Assembly (NCBI GenBank): GCA_965214705.1
Contig: CBDCCI010000002.1
Location: 2,752,001-2,816,000 of the forward strand
Direction: 5' to 3'
DNA from: Alphaproteobacteria bacterium
Lineage (GTDB): Bacteria; Pseudomonadota; Alphaproteobacteria; UBA828
Length of the DNA stretch: 64,000 bases
The stretch's first letter is position 1; the number at the start of each line of letters is the position of its first letter. Position numbers and translations under genes: made by a program. This document shows positions 1 through 8,869 of this stretch, piece by piece. Under the pieces are notes generated by a model. It was not told the origin of the DNA. It saw only the letters and a program-made list of their open reading frames with translations, and ran no database searches.

Positions 1-1
1 A

Positions 2-2536
2 CAAGTGGATATTATAATCCGGATATAGCTCGCCGCTGAACGGGTCCACTGAGCCGTCGCTCGCTTGCGCGTCAGTAGCGACGTAGATGTCGAGCGTGCT
101 GGCATTTTCGTAAATGTTTGTGAGTTTTTCCACACGCCAGCCCGCCAACTCAGGATCGAATACCGGACGTCTGAACCAAGTTACTCCTTCCAAATCGGCG
201 TTGTTCTGATATGTGTTGATGTATCGGCCGTCTCGAACCCAGGGACCGGCTTGCTGAAGCGGGTTATCTCCGGGTATTGAGACATTGAATTGGAGCTGCC
301 CGTTCCGCGATGCCAGTGTGACCGACGCTGGCATCGAAGAGGCCACGTCGTCTTCGAACTCGAAGCTGTTCACTTCTCCGCTGATGAAGCCCGTCTCAAT
401 GCCATCGCCGAAATCGGCTGTCAGCGTGGCATCGGCAGTGAATGATCCAACAGTCGGGTTATCCGACAACCCGTCAACGTAGTACTTTCCGACCGCATCG
501 CCCACGTAGGTCGCCGTGCCGGCCAACGGTGCAAGATGGGAGATTTCGAAGGGATCGCCGCCGCTCGCGTACACGCCGAACTCGTAGTTGACCGAGTCCG
601 TCACATCTTCCGGTACGTAGAGCCAGTGACCCAACGCCAGATAGTCCGCACTTGTCACGATACCGATCGAGCGTGCCAGCACCGGCTGTGCCGTTCCAAC
701 ATCCGGGGTAAAGGTTAAACCAGTGTCACTGGCGTAGTAGCCCCCCGGTGTGTGATCGTCGACGAATGCGCAGCCATCAGGATTGGCGCAGGAGAACGTA
801 CCCGCGACACCATCAAGCGATCCCTCTATGGAGTCACCGTTGGGAATCCAGGCCACCAGAAAGTCCTGATCGGCGGGAAGCGCCGGCGCCCCGGAAAGTT
901 CGATATTATGATCGACTTCCGCAGCGGTCTCGAACGGATCCACCGACCCGTCGCTCGGCTGCACGTCCGTCGCAACATAGATGGTCAGAGTACCGCCGGT
1001 GTCGTAGTCGGCGGTCAGCTCTGTCACCTGCCACTTCGATCCGAGCCCATGATCGGAAATTGAGCGCGTGGAATTGGTCACCCCCTCCAACTGCTCCGGA
1101 GTCTCGTACGTATTGATATATCGACCGGCTCGGGACCACGGATCGGCTTGCTGCAACGGGTTGATCTGAAATACCGCCACATTGTGCTGAAGCTGCCCGC
1201 TTTCATCGTGGGATACGATCGCGTTTACGAACTGGCCGCCACGATAAGTCCCGGTGACGACCGCTTGCTGCGCACCGATGTCATGGGAGCGCCACCAGTG
1301 TCCACCGACATAGTTGCCGAAGAGGTCCTGCCTGCTGTCGTTAGCGACCAGGTCGATCACGTTGGCCAGGGCATCCGGCGAGGGAACATCGCTCGGCATC
1401 ATGCCGTCAGCATCCTGGCGATCCACGTCGACGGAAACCATTTGTACATCGGGACTGAACTGGAACGTGAAGCTTAGTGTGTCTTCTGTGGACTCTGTGA
1501 ATTCGAACGTGCTTTGTCCGAACGAGAAGCTGAGGACTCCGTTCTGGATCGAGGCAGTGACGGGGCCATCGGGCGAAATTTCCAAGACAAAGGGTTGGCC
1601 GCCCCTTTCTTGATGCCGGTACGTCCCCGTCACCTGCCCATCGGACGAGACCGAAGTGATTGCAAGGACCGTGCGTGCCCCACCGGGCCAATCGCCGGCC
1701 CACTTCCCGACGACAGGGTGCGCCGTCGCTTTGCGATCGGTGTACGCATCGGAGTTCATCGCGGTCACCATGCCGCCGGTCGACGTGGCGCTCACCGTGC
1801 CGTCGGTGCCCACCGCCACTATGACCTCGCAATCCGCTCCGCCGGCCGCGCAGCTGAACGCGATATCGCCGTGATCGACCGACTGGCCCGCAGGCACCTG
1901 GACAGTGCCCGCCCCGGCCATGAAACCGGCCGTCACTGGAGCAAGGTCCACAGCCATGGGCGTGATCCGCGCGGTATACGCGTCGGAGTTCATCGCGGTG
2001 ACCATGCCGCCGGTCGACATGGCGGTCACCGAACCGTCGGTGTCCACCTCCACAACGACCGAACAATCGTTACCGCCGGCGGCGCAGCTGAACTCGATAT
2101 CGCCAAGAACGACCGACTGGCCTGCCGTGACTGTGACTGTGCCGGCCTGAGCCATGAAGCCGGACGTCACTCGGGCAAGGTCCACAGCCATGGGCGTAAT
2201 CCGCGCGGTGTAAGCATCGGAGTTCATCGCCGTCACGATCCCACCGGTCGATGTGGCGGTGATGGCGCCGTTCGCATCCACCTCCACCGTGACCGTGCAG
2301 TTGGAACCCCCGGCGGCGCAGCTGAAAGCGATATCGCCGTGATCATGCGACTCACCCGCAGCCACCTGGACAATGCCGGCCACGGCCACGAAGCCGGCCG
2401 TTGCATTAGAGAGGTCTACGTCCTCGGGCATCGCTTGGCCGTCGCCGGCCACAGGTCCGCCGCCTCCGCCGCATGCGGACATGGTCAGCGCCAGCGCAGC
2501 GATCGTTGCGGTCAGCGCATACTTCTTGCCGATCAT
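2..2536 (-). CDS. Large surface lipoprotein with three ~78-aa Cys-containing repeats and TbpB-like (transferrin-binding-protein-like) barrel modules; 3' end beyond window edge
   Basis: Read by hand (absent from the ORF track, probably because there is no stop in the window): ATG at 2536 with GGGAGGGAGG upstream, signal peptide/lipobox MIGKKYALTATIAALALTMSA-C-GGGG. Frame is consistent down to position 2. Motifs YLALGHWLYVP, FGVYASG, GTATYVGDAVGKY, FTADATLTADF resemble TbpB-type barrels. Confidence 0.75.
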   Translation of the reverse strand, partial: MIGKKYALTATIAALALTMSACGGGGGPVAGDGQAMPEDVDLSNATAGFVAVAGIVQVAAGESHDHGDIAFSCAAGGSNCTVTVEVDANGAITATSTGGIVTAMNSDAYTARITPMAVDLARVTSGFMAQAGTVTVTAGQSVVLGDIEFSCAAGGNDCSVVVEVDTDGSVTAMSTGGMVTAMNSDAYTARITPMAVDLAPVTAGFMAGAGTVQVPAGQSVDHGDIAFSCAAGGADCEVIVAVGTDGTVSATSTGGMVTAMNSDAYTDRKATAHPVVGKWAGDWPGGARTVLAITSVSSDGQVTGTYRHQERGGQPFVLEISPDGPVTASIQNGVLSFSFGQSTFEFTESTEDTLSFTFQFSPDVQMVSVDVDRQDADGMMPSDVPSPDALANVIDLVANDSRQDLFGNYVGGHWWRSHDIGAQQAVVTGTYRGGQFVNAIVSHDESGQLQHNVAVFQINPLQQADPWSRAGRYINTYETPEQLEGVTNSTRSISDHGLGSKWQVTELTADYDTGGTLTIYVATDVQPSDGSVDPFETAAEVDHNIELSGAPALPADQDFLVAWIPNGDSIEGSLDGVAGTFSCANPDGCAFVDDHTPGGYYASDTGLTFTPDVGTAQPVLARSIGIVTSADYLALGHWLYVPEDVTDSVNYEFGVYASGGDPFEISHLAPLAGTATYVGDAVGKYYVDGLSDNPTVGSFTADATLTADFGDGIETGFISGEVNSFEFEDDVASSMPASVTLASRNGQLQFNVSIPGDNPLQQAGPWVRDGRYINTYQNNADLEGVTWFRRPVFDPELAGWRVEKLTNIYENASTLDIYVATDAQASDGSVDPFSGELYPDYNIHL

Positions 2537-2567
2537 GGGAACAGGGCCTCCCTCCCGAACGCGCTTC

Positions 2568-2606
2568 AAAGAGGCCCCGTAAAGAGGCCCCGTAAAGAGG
2601 CCCCGT
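2568..2606. repeat. 13-bp tandem repeat AAAGAGGCCCCGT x3
   Basis: Three exact copies at 2568, 2581 and 2594, just upstream of the lipoprotein start. Confidence 0.95.
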
Positions 2607-2961
2607 GAAGAGAACGAGGTCAGGTTAGCACATCTGGCTAATGCCGTCAGCAATCGTGTTCGCACAATCGCGTTCGCGAGGCATGTGCGCGTTCTCCGGT
2701 GCGAGGCGGCTGGCTTGTAGGGGTCGGATGTCGTCTGCCGGGATCGCTCGGGCGCGGCGCCACAACTCTGGTCGAATCCGCCGAGGGCGCAGAGTTTTCG
2801 CAAGAATTTTGGTCTGATCCGCTCGCTGGGGCGATGTTTGGAGATGGTCAGCATCTGGGCTGTCTGGCCGGCATCACGGCCATCCCTTGCCAATCAGCCT
2901 GCCGGCTCCGATATCCCTTACTGCACTGTCATCAACGTCCGGTGCTTACGGGGAGGAGAGC

Positions 2962-3856
2962 ATGGCGCCCGACGACGAGACGCGCCGCAGTTCCAATTCC
3001 GGGGAGGACGCGTTCGACGGCCGCGACCTCCTGGTCGGCCGGCCGGAAGAGGCAGTGGAGGGCAGGTCGGCTGCCGAGGCGGCAGATGTGCCGCCTGCGA
3101 CGCCAATCCCGCAGCCCGCAGAGCCATCCCCGCAGCCTGCTGCGCACGACGACGCCATCGCGGAGATCCTCGCGACGGTGCGGGCCACCGCCGCACGCTT
3201 CGACGCGCTCCAGGACGAGTCAGGACCGGGCCACGAGACCGCCGAGACGCTTCCGCGAGACGGCGGCGCTGGCTCAGGCGGTCGCAGACGCGCGTGGCGC
3301 GCTCGCGAAGGCGGCAGAATTAGCCTCGCGCCGGGACGGGGCGGCGGAGACAGCGCGCACGCTGGCCGGGGCCGCCGCCGCGCTGAAGACGCAGGGCGAG
3401 GCCCTCGACCAGCGTATCCACGCCACGGAACGGCAGTCGGCTGTGGCCGCCCACAGCATGGAGGACATGAACCAGTCGGCGACGGCGCTCGGCGACCAGC
3501 TGCGCTCCCTCCGCAACGACTTGTCCCGCATCGCCGAGAGACTGCGGTGGCGGCACTGGCGCTTCGACCTCGCCGTGGCGGGCGCGGCGTTCGTCTTCTT
3601 TGTACTGGGCACATTGCTGCAGCGGGAGTCCGATGTCGTGTCCTTCGGTGACCCCCGCCACGCTTGGAACGATTTCGTCGCCGAGCACTACGCGCCGTCG
3701 CTCGCAATCTGCGCGTCGAAGGCCCGTCTCGACGAGAGAACCATTCGGTGCGGGCTGGATATCGACCCCTCGCTGGTTGTGACGGTCCCCTTCTATCCGG
3801 GAACTCTGACCAAAGTGCCGCCCGAAGAGGAATTCGACGGCACGACGGACCGGTAG
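2962..3856 (+). pseudogene. Coiled-coil protein with C-terminal transmembrane helix (mobilisation accessory-like), frameshifted near 3250
   Basis: GGAGGAG RBS then ATG 2962 (MAPDDETRR...GHETAETL). Continues in another frame (RETAALAQAVADARGAL...LAVAGAAFVFFVLGTLL...DGTTDR*), stop 6 bp before the relaxase ATG. Confidence 0.6.
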
Positions 3857-3862
3857 GCAACC

Positions 3863-6800
3863 ATGGTCGCGACTGTCACGCGCCTGAAGGCCGCCGCCAC
3901 GACGGTGCACTACTTCGAGGCCGACGGGTATTACGCGAAGGGAGACCCCGAGCACCGGAAGGCCAGCGGCTGGTACGGCGAGGCGGCGACGTTGATGGGC
4001 CTGCATGGGCCGGTCAAGCCGAAGCGCTTCGAGGCCCTGCTTGCGGGCTACGTGCCCGGCACCGACATTCGCCTCGGCCGCCTGCGCGACGGCGAGCACC
4101 AGCACCGGCCCGGCGTGGACGTGACCTTCTCCGCTCCGAAGTCCGTATCCCTGGAGGCGCTGGTCTACGCGGCGCCGAAGACGGGGGCACGGGTGGTGAG
4201 GGCGCACAACGAGGCGGTGCGCGCCACGCTGGGCTTCATCGAGAACGAGCTGTTGCAGACACGGAGCTACGATCCGGCGACCGGCCGCAGGCCCAGGGTG
4301 GAGGCGGACGGCATGGCGGCGGCGACCTTCCGGCACCTGGCGAGCCGCAACCTCGATCCACAGCTGCATACGCACGCCGTGGTCGCCAACATGACCCGCG
4401 GCCGGAACGGGGAGTGGCGGAGCGCCGAGTTTACCGCCGTCGAGCGGTCGAAGCTGCTGATCGGCGCCTACTACCGCAACGAGCTGCGCACGGGGCTCGA
4501 AAAAATCGGCTACGCCACGGTGCCGACGCTTGTGGGCCGGATGCCGGGGTTCGAGATCGCGGGCTACGGCAAGCCGATGCTGGACGCCTTCTCGACCCGC
4601 CGCCGCGAGTTGCTGGACTACATGCAGGAGCGTGGCTGGGAGAACACGCCGGCGAGAGCACAGCAGGCAGCGCTCTACACACGGCAGCGCAAGGCGGAGC
4701 CAGATCGGCAGGTCCTGCACCGGACATGGAAGGAACGGGCCCAGGAACTCGGCCCTGCGCGCGACCGGGACATCGCAAGGGGCCGCGACGGGATCGGCGC
4801 ATCGGCAACCCCCGTGCCCGAGCCGCGGGCGCAGCCGTCCGCGCTTGCGGTGGTGCGGCAGGCCGTGGAGCACCTGGAGGAACGGCGCACGGTGTTCTCC
4901 GCCAACGACCTGCGCGCCTGGGCGCTGGCCCACGGGGGCGGCCGGCACTCGCTCGAAGCGCTGGACGTCGAGATCGCCCGGCTCCGGCGCGACGGGCACC
5001 TGATCGAAGCGGCAGCGCGAAGGGCGGACCTGGCCTTCGTCACCGACCGGGCGCGCAACGCCGAGCGCGACATTATCGCCGGGATGCGCGCGGGCCTGGA
5101 TGCCGGGCGGAGCCTGGCGCCGGCAGAGGCGGTCGAGGCTGAGCTCGACGCGGCCGGCCTGAACCCCGGCCAGCGCGACGCGGTGCGCGGAATCCTGCTC
5201 TCGCCTCATGTCACGGTAGGGGTGCAGGGCCACGCGGGCTCCGGCAAGACCACCATGCTGCGCACGGTGGCGGCGCTGACGGGCGAGCGTCAGATCATCG
5301 GCCTGGCCCCTTCGGCAAGCGCCGCGCGCGTGCTCGAAGGCGAGGCCGACATCCCGGCCCGCACGCTGCAATGGTTCCTCACGCGCTACCGCGACGTGGG
5401 CGACGGCATCGCCTCGCCCGAGAGGACGGAGGAAGCGCGCAAGGCCCTGGGCGGTTCGGTGCTGATCCTCGACGAAGCATCGATGGTCGGCACGACCCAG
5501 ATGCGGGCGTTGACGCGGATTGCTGCCGAGACCGGCGTCGAGCGCCTCGCGCTGATCGGCGACAGGAGGCAGCTGCGCGCGGTCGAGGCGGGCCAGCCCT
5601 TCGCCCTGCTGCAGGACGCAGGGATGCCCACCGCCAGGATGGACGAGGTGGTGCGCCAGCGCGACGCGGACCTGCGCCAAGCCGTGCTGCACATGGTGGC
5701 GGACGAGCCGCGCCTGGCGGTCGAGGAACTCGGCAACGGCGTCCTGGAGACGGCGGGTGACGAGCTCGGCAGGAAGGCGGCGCAACTCTGGCTCGACCTC
5801 GACCCGGACCAGCGGCTCGGAACGGCGATTCTGGCGCCCACGCACGAGCTCAGGGCCGAGATCAACGCAGCCGTCCGCCACGGCCTGGAGGACGAAGGGG
5901 TGCTGCACGGCCCCGAGCTGGAGATCGAGCGCTACGTCAACCTCCACCTGACCCGCTCCCAGAAGGGCGACATCGCCAACTACAGGGAAGGCGATGTCGC
6001 CGTCTTTCACCATGACGTCTACGGCGTCCGCGCGAAGGCCGGCGACGCCTGCTGCGTGACCGAAGTCGGAGACGAGCGCGTCGTGCTCACCATGCCCGGC
6101 GGCAAGGAGCGCGCCATCGATCCCTCCGGCTATATCCGCTACCGCCTCGACCTCTTCGAGACCCGGCCGATGGTGCTCAAGGCCGGAGACCGGGTGCGCT
6201 GGACCCGCAACGATTCCACGCGCGGCCTGATCAACGGTGAGAATGCCGAAGTGCTGTCCATCCGCCGGGTGAACGTCACGATACGCACAGTGGACGGCCG
6301 CGAGATCGTCATGGCCCGCGACGATCCTCAGCTTCACCACCTGGACCACGCCTACTCGTCCACCGTGCACGCCGCCCAGGGCATCACATGCGACCGGGCC
6401 ATCGCCGTCCTGGATACCGAGCGCGGGGGAGTGGCCGACCAGGCGACCTTCTACGTGGAGCTCACCCGCGCCCGCGACAACGTGGTGCTGCTGACCGACG
6501 ACCGGGAGGCGCTGATCGAAGCCCTGGAGACTTCGCCTGCAGAGCAGATGTCGGCGCTCAGGGCCATCGGCGAGCAGTTCGAGACCTCGGTCTCGGTCTC
6601 GACCTCGCCGGAGAATGTTCCCCGGCACCCGCCTCCAGAGAGGGAAGCGGTCCTGGACGACGCGGAAAGGGAGAACCGCAAGGCTGCGGAACGCTTCCTG
6701 GACGGGGCTCTGTCAGCGGCCGCCTCCTTGATCCGGCAGCGCGAAGAGCACGCGACGATTGCTGCCAGTAACCGCGCCCATGTCACCGAGGATCCCGGCT

Positions 6801-7042
6801 ACGGCGAATGGCGCGACGATGCGCGGCGCGCCCTCGACGGCTGCCGCCGTATCCTCGACGACCCCGAGACCTACGGCAGGCATTTTTCGCGCCGTCCGGG
6901 CGCGGAGGACGAGATCAGACGCCTTTCGGCGAAGATCGAAACCACCCTGGCATCGGACAAGGCCGAGATCGAACGTCGTCAGCAGGAGCTCGAAGCCAGT
7001 AAGGCGAAGGAGCGCGACATCGACATGGGCCTCGAGCTGTGA
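3863..7042 (+). CDS. trwC: MOB(F) conjugative relaxase-helicase, TrwC/TraI family
   Basis: N-terminal YF..DGYY tyrosines, RPGVDVTFSAPKSVS, HUH motif FRHLASRNLDPQLHTHAVVAN; RecD-like helicase motifs GHAGSGKTT, LDEASM, HAYSSTVHAAQGIT. Confidence 0.93.
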   Translation: MVATVTRLKAAATTVHYFEADGYYAKGDPEHRKASGWYGEAATLMGLHGPVKPKRFEALLAGYVPGTDIRLGRLRDGEHQHRPGVDVTFSAPKSVSLEALVYAAPKTGARVVRAHNEAVRATLGFIENELLQTRSYDPATGRRPRVEADGMAAATFRHLASRNLDPQLHTHAVVANMTRGRNGEWRSAEFTAVERSKLLIGAYYRNELRTGLEKIGYATVPTLVGRMPGFEIAGYGKPMLDAFSTRRRELLDYMQERGWENTPARAQQAALYTRQRKAEPDRQVLHRTWKERAQELGPARDRDIARGRDGIGASATPVPEPRAQPSALAVVRQAVEHLEERRTVFSANDLRAWALAHGGGRHSLEALDVEIARLRRDGHLIEAAARRADLAFVTDRARNAERDIIAGMRAGLDAGRSLAPAEAVEAELDAAGLNPGQRDAVRGILLSPHVTVGVQGHAGSGKTTMLRTVAALTGERQIIGLAPSASAARVLEGEADIPARTLQWFLTRYRDVGDGIASPERTEEARKALGGSVLILDEASMVGTTQMRALTRIAAETGVERLALIGDRRQLRAVEAGQPFALLQDAGMPTARMDEVVRQRDADLRQAVLHMVADEPRLAVEELGNGVLETAGDELGRKAAQLWLDLDPDQRLGTAILAPTHELRAEINAAVRHGLEDEGVLHGPELEIERYVNLHLTRSQKGDIANYREGDVAVFHHDVYGVRAKAGDACCVTEVGDERVVLTMPGGKERAIDPSGYIRYRLDLFETRPMVLKAGDRVRWTRNDSTRGLINGENAEVLSIRRVNVTIRTVDGREIVMARDDPQLHHLDHAYSSTVHAAQGITCDRAIAVLDTERGGVADQATFYVELTRARDNVVLLTDDREALIEALETSPAEQMSALRAIGEQFETSVSVSTSPENVPRHPPPEREAVLDDAERENRKAAERFLDGALSAAASLIRQREEHATIAASNRAHVTEDPGYGEWRDDARRALDGCRRILDDPETYGRHFSRRPGAEDEIRRLSAKIETTLASDKAEIERRQQELEASKAKERDIDMGLEL

Positions 7043-7133
7043 CTCGCCCCGCCGGCCCACCTGTTGATCGCCCCCGGTCCAATCTGCCGGCACGGCGCCC
7101 GGCCCCCGCAATCGGCGGCGGTCCGCCTCTCGA

Positions 7134-7580
7134 TCATGGCGGGTCGGAACTCCCGGCGCTCGTTCGCGCGCGGAACCGGTCGACGGTGGCCGCCGCAACC
7201 TGCTCGCCAAAGAGGTCCCTCAGCATCGCCCGCAGCTCCTCCTCGCGGCCCTCGCGCATCATCCTTCGCATCGTTTCGTCGACCAGGAAGGCGAGAGAGT
7301 TGCGAACCCTCGTCATCACCGCCTCGTCCGTCTCTGCCTCCACCGTGCGCTCGGCAATGGCGGCCACACGGTCCAGAAGGGTGCGCTGCTCCGCCTCGTC
7401 CAGCACGAGGCGGGGCGGCGATTCAGGCTCGGTCTCGGGGTCCACGGTGAGCCCGCGCTCGACCATGTAGCGCGAGATGGACAAGCCCTTCCGCTCGGCC
7501 AGCACCCGCACGCGTCCCCAGTCGGAGTCGGTGCATGACAGCGAATACGCCTTCGGCCGGGTCCGGTCACGCCTCCTCAT
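7134..7580 (-). CDS. Ribbon-helix-helix (MobC/TrwA/CopG-like) protein, paralog 3
   Basis: YSLSCTDSDWGRVRVLAERKGLSISRYMVERGL fits an RHH pattern; 4-bp overlap with upstream paralog. Confidence 0.65.
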   Translation of the reverse strand: MRRRDRTRPKAYSLSCTDSDWGRVRVLAERKGLSISRYMVERGLTVDPETEPESPPRLVLDEAEQRTLLDRVAAIAERTVEAETDEAVMTRVRNSLAFLVDETMRRMMREGREEELRAMLRDLFGEQVAAATVDRFRARTSAGSSDPP

Positions 7581-7939
7581 GAACCGTCTCCGCCGTCATC
7601 GCCGGACCTGGCGCGCGCCTCCCGGGCCAGGAAGGCGAGTGCGCCGAGCGCCGATATCTCCGTCCCCGGCAGACGAGAAAGCAGCGCCTCGTTGCACCGA
7701 TCAAGAAGCGCCACGCGCTCGTACAGAACCCTCTGCTCATCCTCGGACAGAACTAGGCGAGGACCTTCCTCGTCGTCATCGGCGTCCGCCCCATGAAGCG
7801 CGCATAAGACCATGAAGCGCGAGAAGCTCATCCCCGCCTCCTTGGCCCGCCGTCCGATCAGAGCGCGGTTCTCCGGCGAGCAGTAGACGCTGCGAATGCG
7901 CGCAATCTCCCGCTTCCCGCCACCCTTGATGGCCGTCAT
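7577..7939 (-). CDS. Ribbon-helix-helix protein, paralog 2
   Basis: RSVYCSPENRALIGRRAKEAGMSFSRFMVLCAL; shares PRLVLxExEQRxLxxRVA with paralog 3. Confidence 0.65.
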   Translation of the reverse strand: MTAIKGGGKREIARIRSVYCSPENRALIGRRAKEAGMSFSRFMVLCALHGADADDDEEGPRLVLSEDEQRVLYERVALLDRCNEALLSRLPGTEISALGALAFLAREARARSGDDGGDGS

Positions 7940-8262
7940 CCTAGCGCCTCCTCGGCATCGCTCCGTGCACCGGCCCGACGCACCAGAGCCTGCCAGGTCT
8001 CCGCCCCTGCGGAACCCTCGACGCGCTCTTTCTCGACCTCGTAGAGCACCCTGACCATGCGCTCGATGCGCGCCACCGCGCCCGCGAGATCGCGCCTCAA
8101 GTTCACGTCATCCGGCACCGCAACAGGCGCCGTCAGCCGCTCCATGATGAAGCGCGACACGTCCATTCCCACAGCGTCCGCGTGCTCCTTGAGCGCCTGC
8201 CAGTCGCTGTCCGTGGCCATCACTGCGCGCTGCCGTTTGCGCCCCTGCGCTGCCTCGTTCAT
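7936..8262 (-). CDS. Ribbon-helix-helix protein, paralog 1
   Basis: RAVMATDSDWQALKEHADAVGMDVSRFIMERL; GGAGGAGG RBS upstream. Confidence 0.65.
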   Translation of the reverse strand: MNEAAQGRKRQRAVMATDSDWQALKEHADAVGMDVSRFIMERLTAPVAVPDDVNLRRDLAGAVARIERMVRVLYEVEKERVEGSAGAETWQALVRRAGARSDAEEALG

Positions 8263-8289
8263 GCCGTCCGCCTCCTCCGGTATAACCGC

Positions 8290-8660
8290 TCCGCCCGCGT
8301 CCTGTGTCTCTCCTGTGTTGCTATAAGATGAGCGAATGTCGCGCGAAATACGCTACGACATTCGCGCGACATCCGCCAACGACTCGCCTACAGGCACCAT
8401 AGCTGCCATAGACACTATAAAACATATGTTATGTCTTCTACAGTCAAGCTCACCAGCGGCTTCCGCCAGAGAGCCACCAAACTGCACCCGCGACATTCGA
8501 ATGAAATACGTTAAGTCCCTGAATACAACTATCGAGCTATCGAGAACTCTGCCTTATGGACCCCGCCTCTCCGCCAAAAGCCCGTTGACGACGCCCCCAA
8601 GGCACTGTACTATAACCATTATCAGGAGGAGATTGCAACGCTGTACAGAACCACAAAATT
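8290..8660. promoter_or_regulatory. Candidate oriT / RHH operator region
   Basis: AT-richer intergenic region; perfect inverted repeat ATGTCGCGCGAA (8336-8347) / TTCGCGCGACAT (8361-8372); repeated CGACATTCG and CTATAA motifs; adjacent to relaxase and RHH genes. Confidence 0.45.
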
Positions 8661-8671
8661 GCTTGATCTCG

Positions 8672-8755
8672 CTCATGTTTTGTCTCATGTTTTGTCTCAT
8701 GTTTTGTCTCATGTTTTGTCTCATGTTTTGTCTCATGTTTTGTCTCATGTTTTGT
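8672..8755. repeat. 12-bp tandem array CTCATGTTTTGT x7
   Basis: Seven exact consecutive copies, no spacers. Confidence 0.97.
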
Positions 8756-8866
8756 CACACCACGACCTGGGACGACGTGCGCGAGACCCTGGAGGCAGTC
8801 GAGCGCTTCGTTCAAGAAGCGCTGTCGAAGAGCGACGCCCTCGACCCGCGGCTGCGGGGCGCGTAA
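8756..8866 (+). pseudogene. 3' remnant of a host gene (resembles C-terminus of a group II PLP-dependent decarboxylase)
   Basis: HTTTWDDVRETLEAVERFVQEALSKSDALDPRLRGA* in host-like codon usage, begins right at the array end, stop 3 bp from the convergent gene. Family resemblance is from memory only. Confidence 0.4.
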
Positions 8867-8869
8867 AGC

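Noticed and set aside
65-2608. Many plus-strand ORFs in the first 2.6 kb
   Set aside because: Explained by the single minus-strand lipoprotein frame
3320-6628. 1102-aa minus-strand ORF and similar long ORFs (16207-18432, 18422-20248, 27299-28957, 46371-48053, 53938-56364, 57397-59136)
   Set aside because: Antisense shadows of well-supported genes, expected in high-GC DNA
8672-8755. Possible CRISPR array
   Set aside because: 12-bp units are contiguous with no spacers and no cas genes are present; the same applies to the 10- and 13-bp arrays
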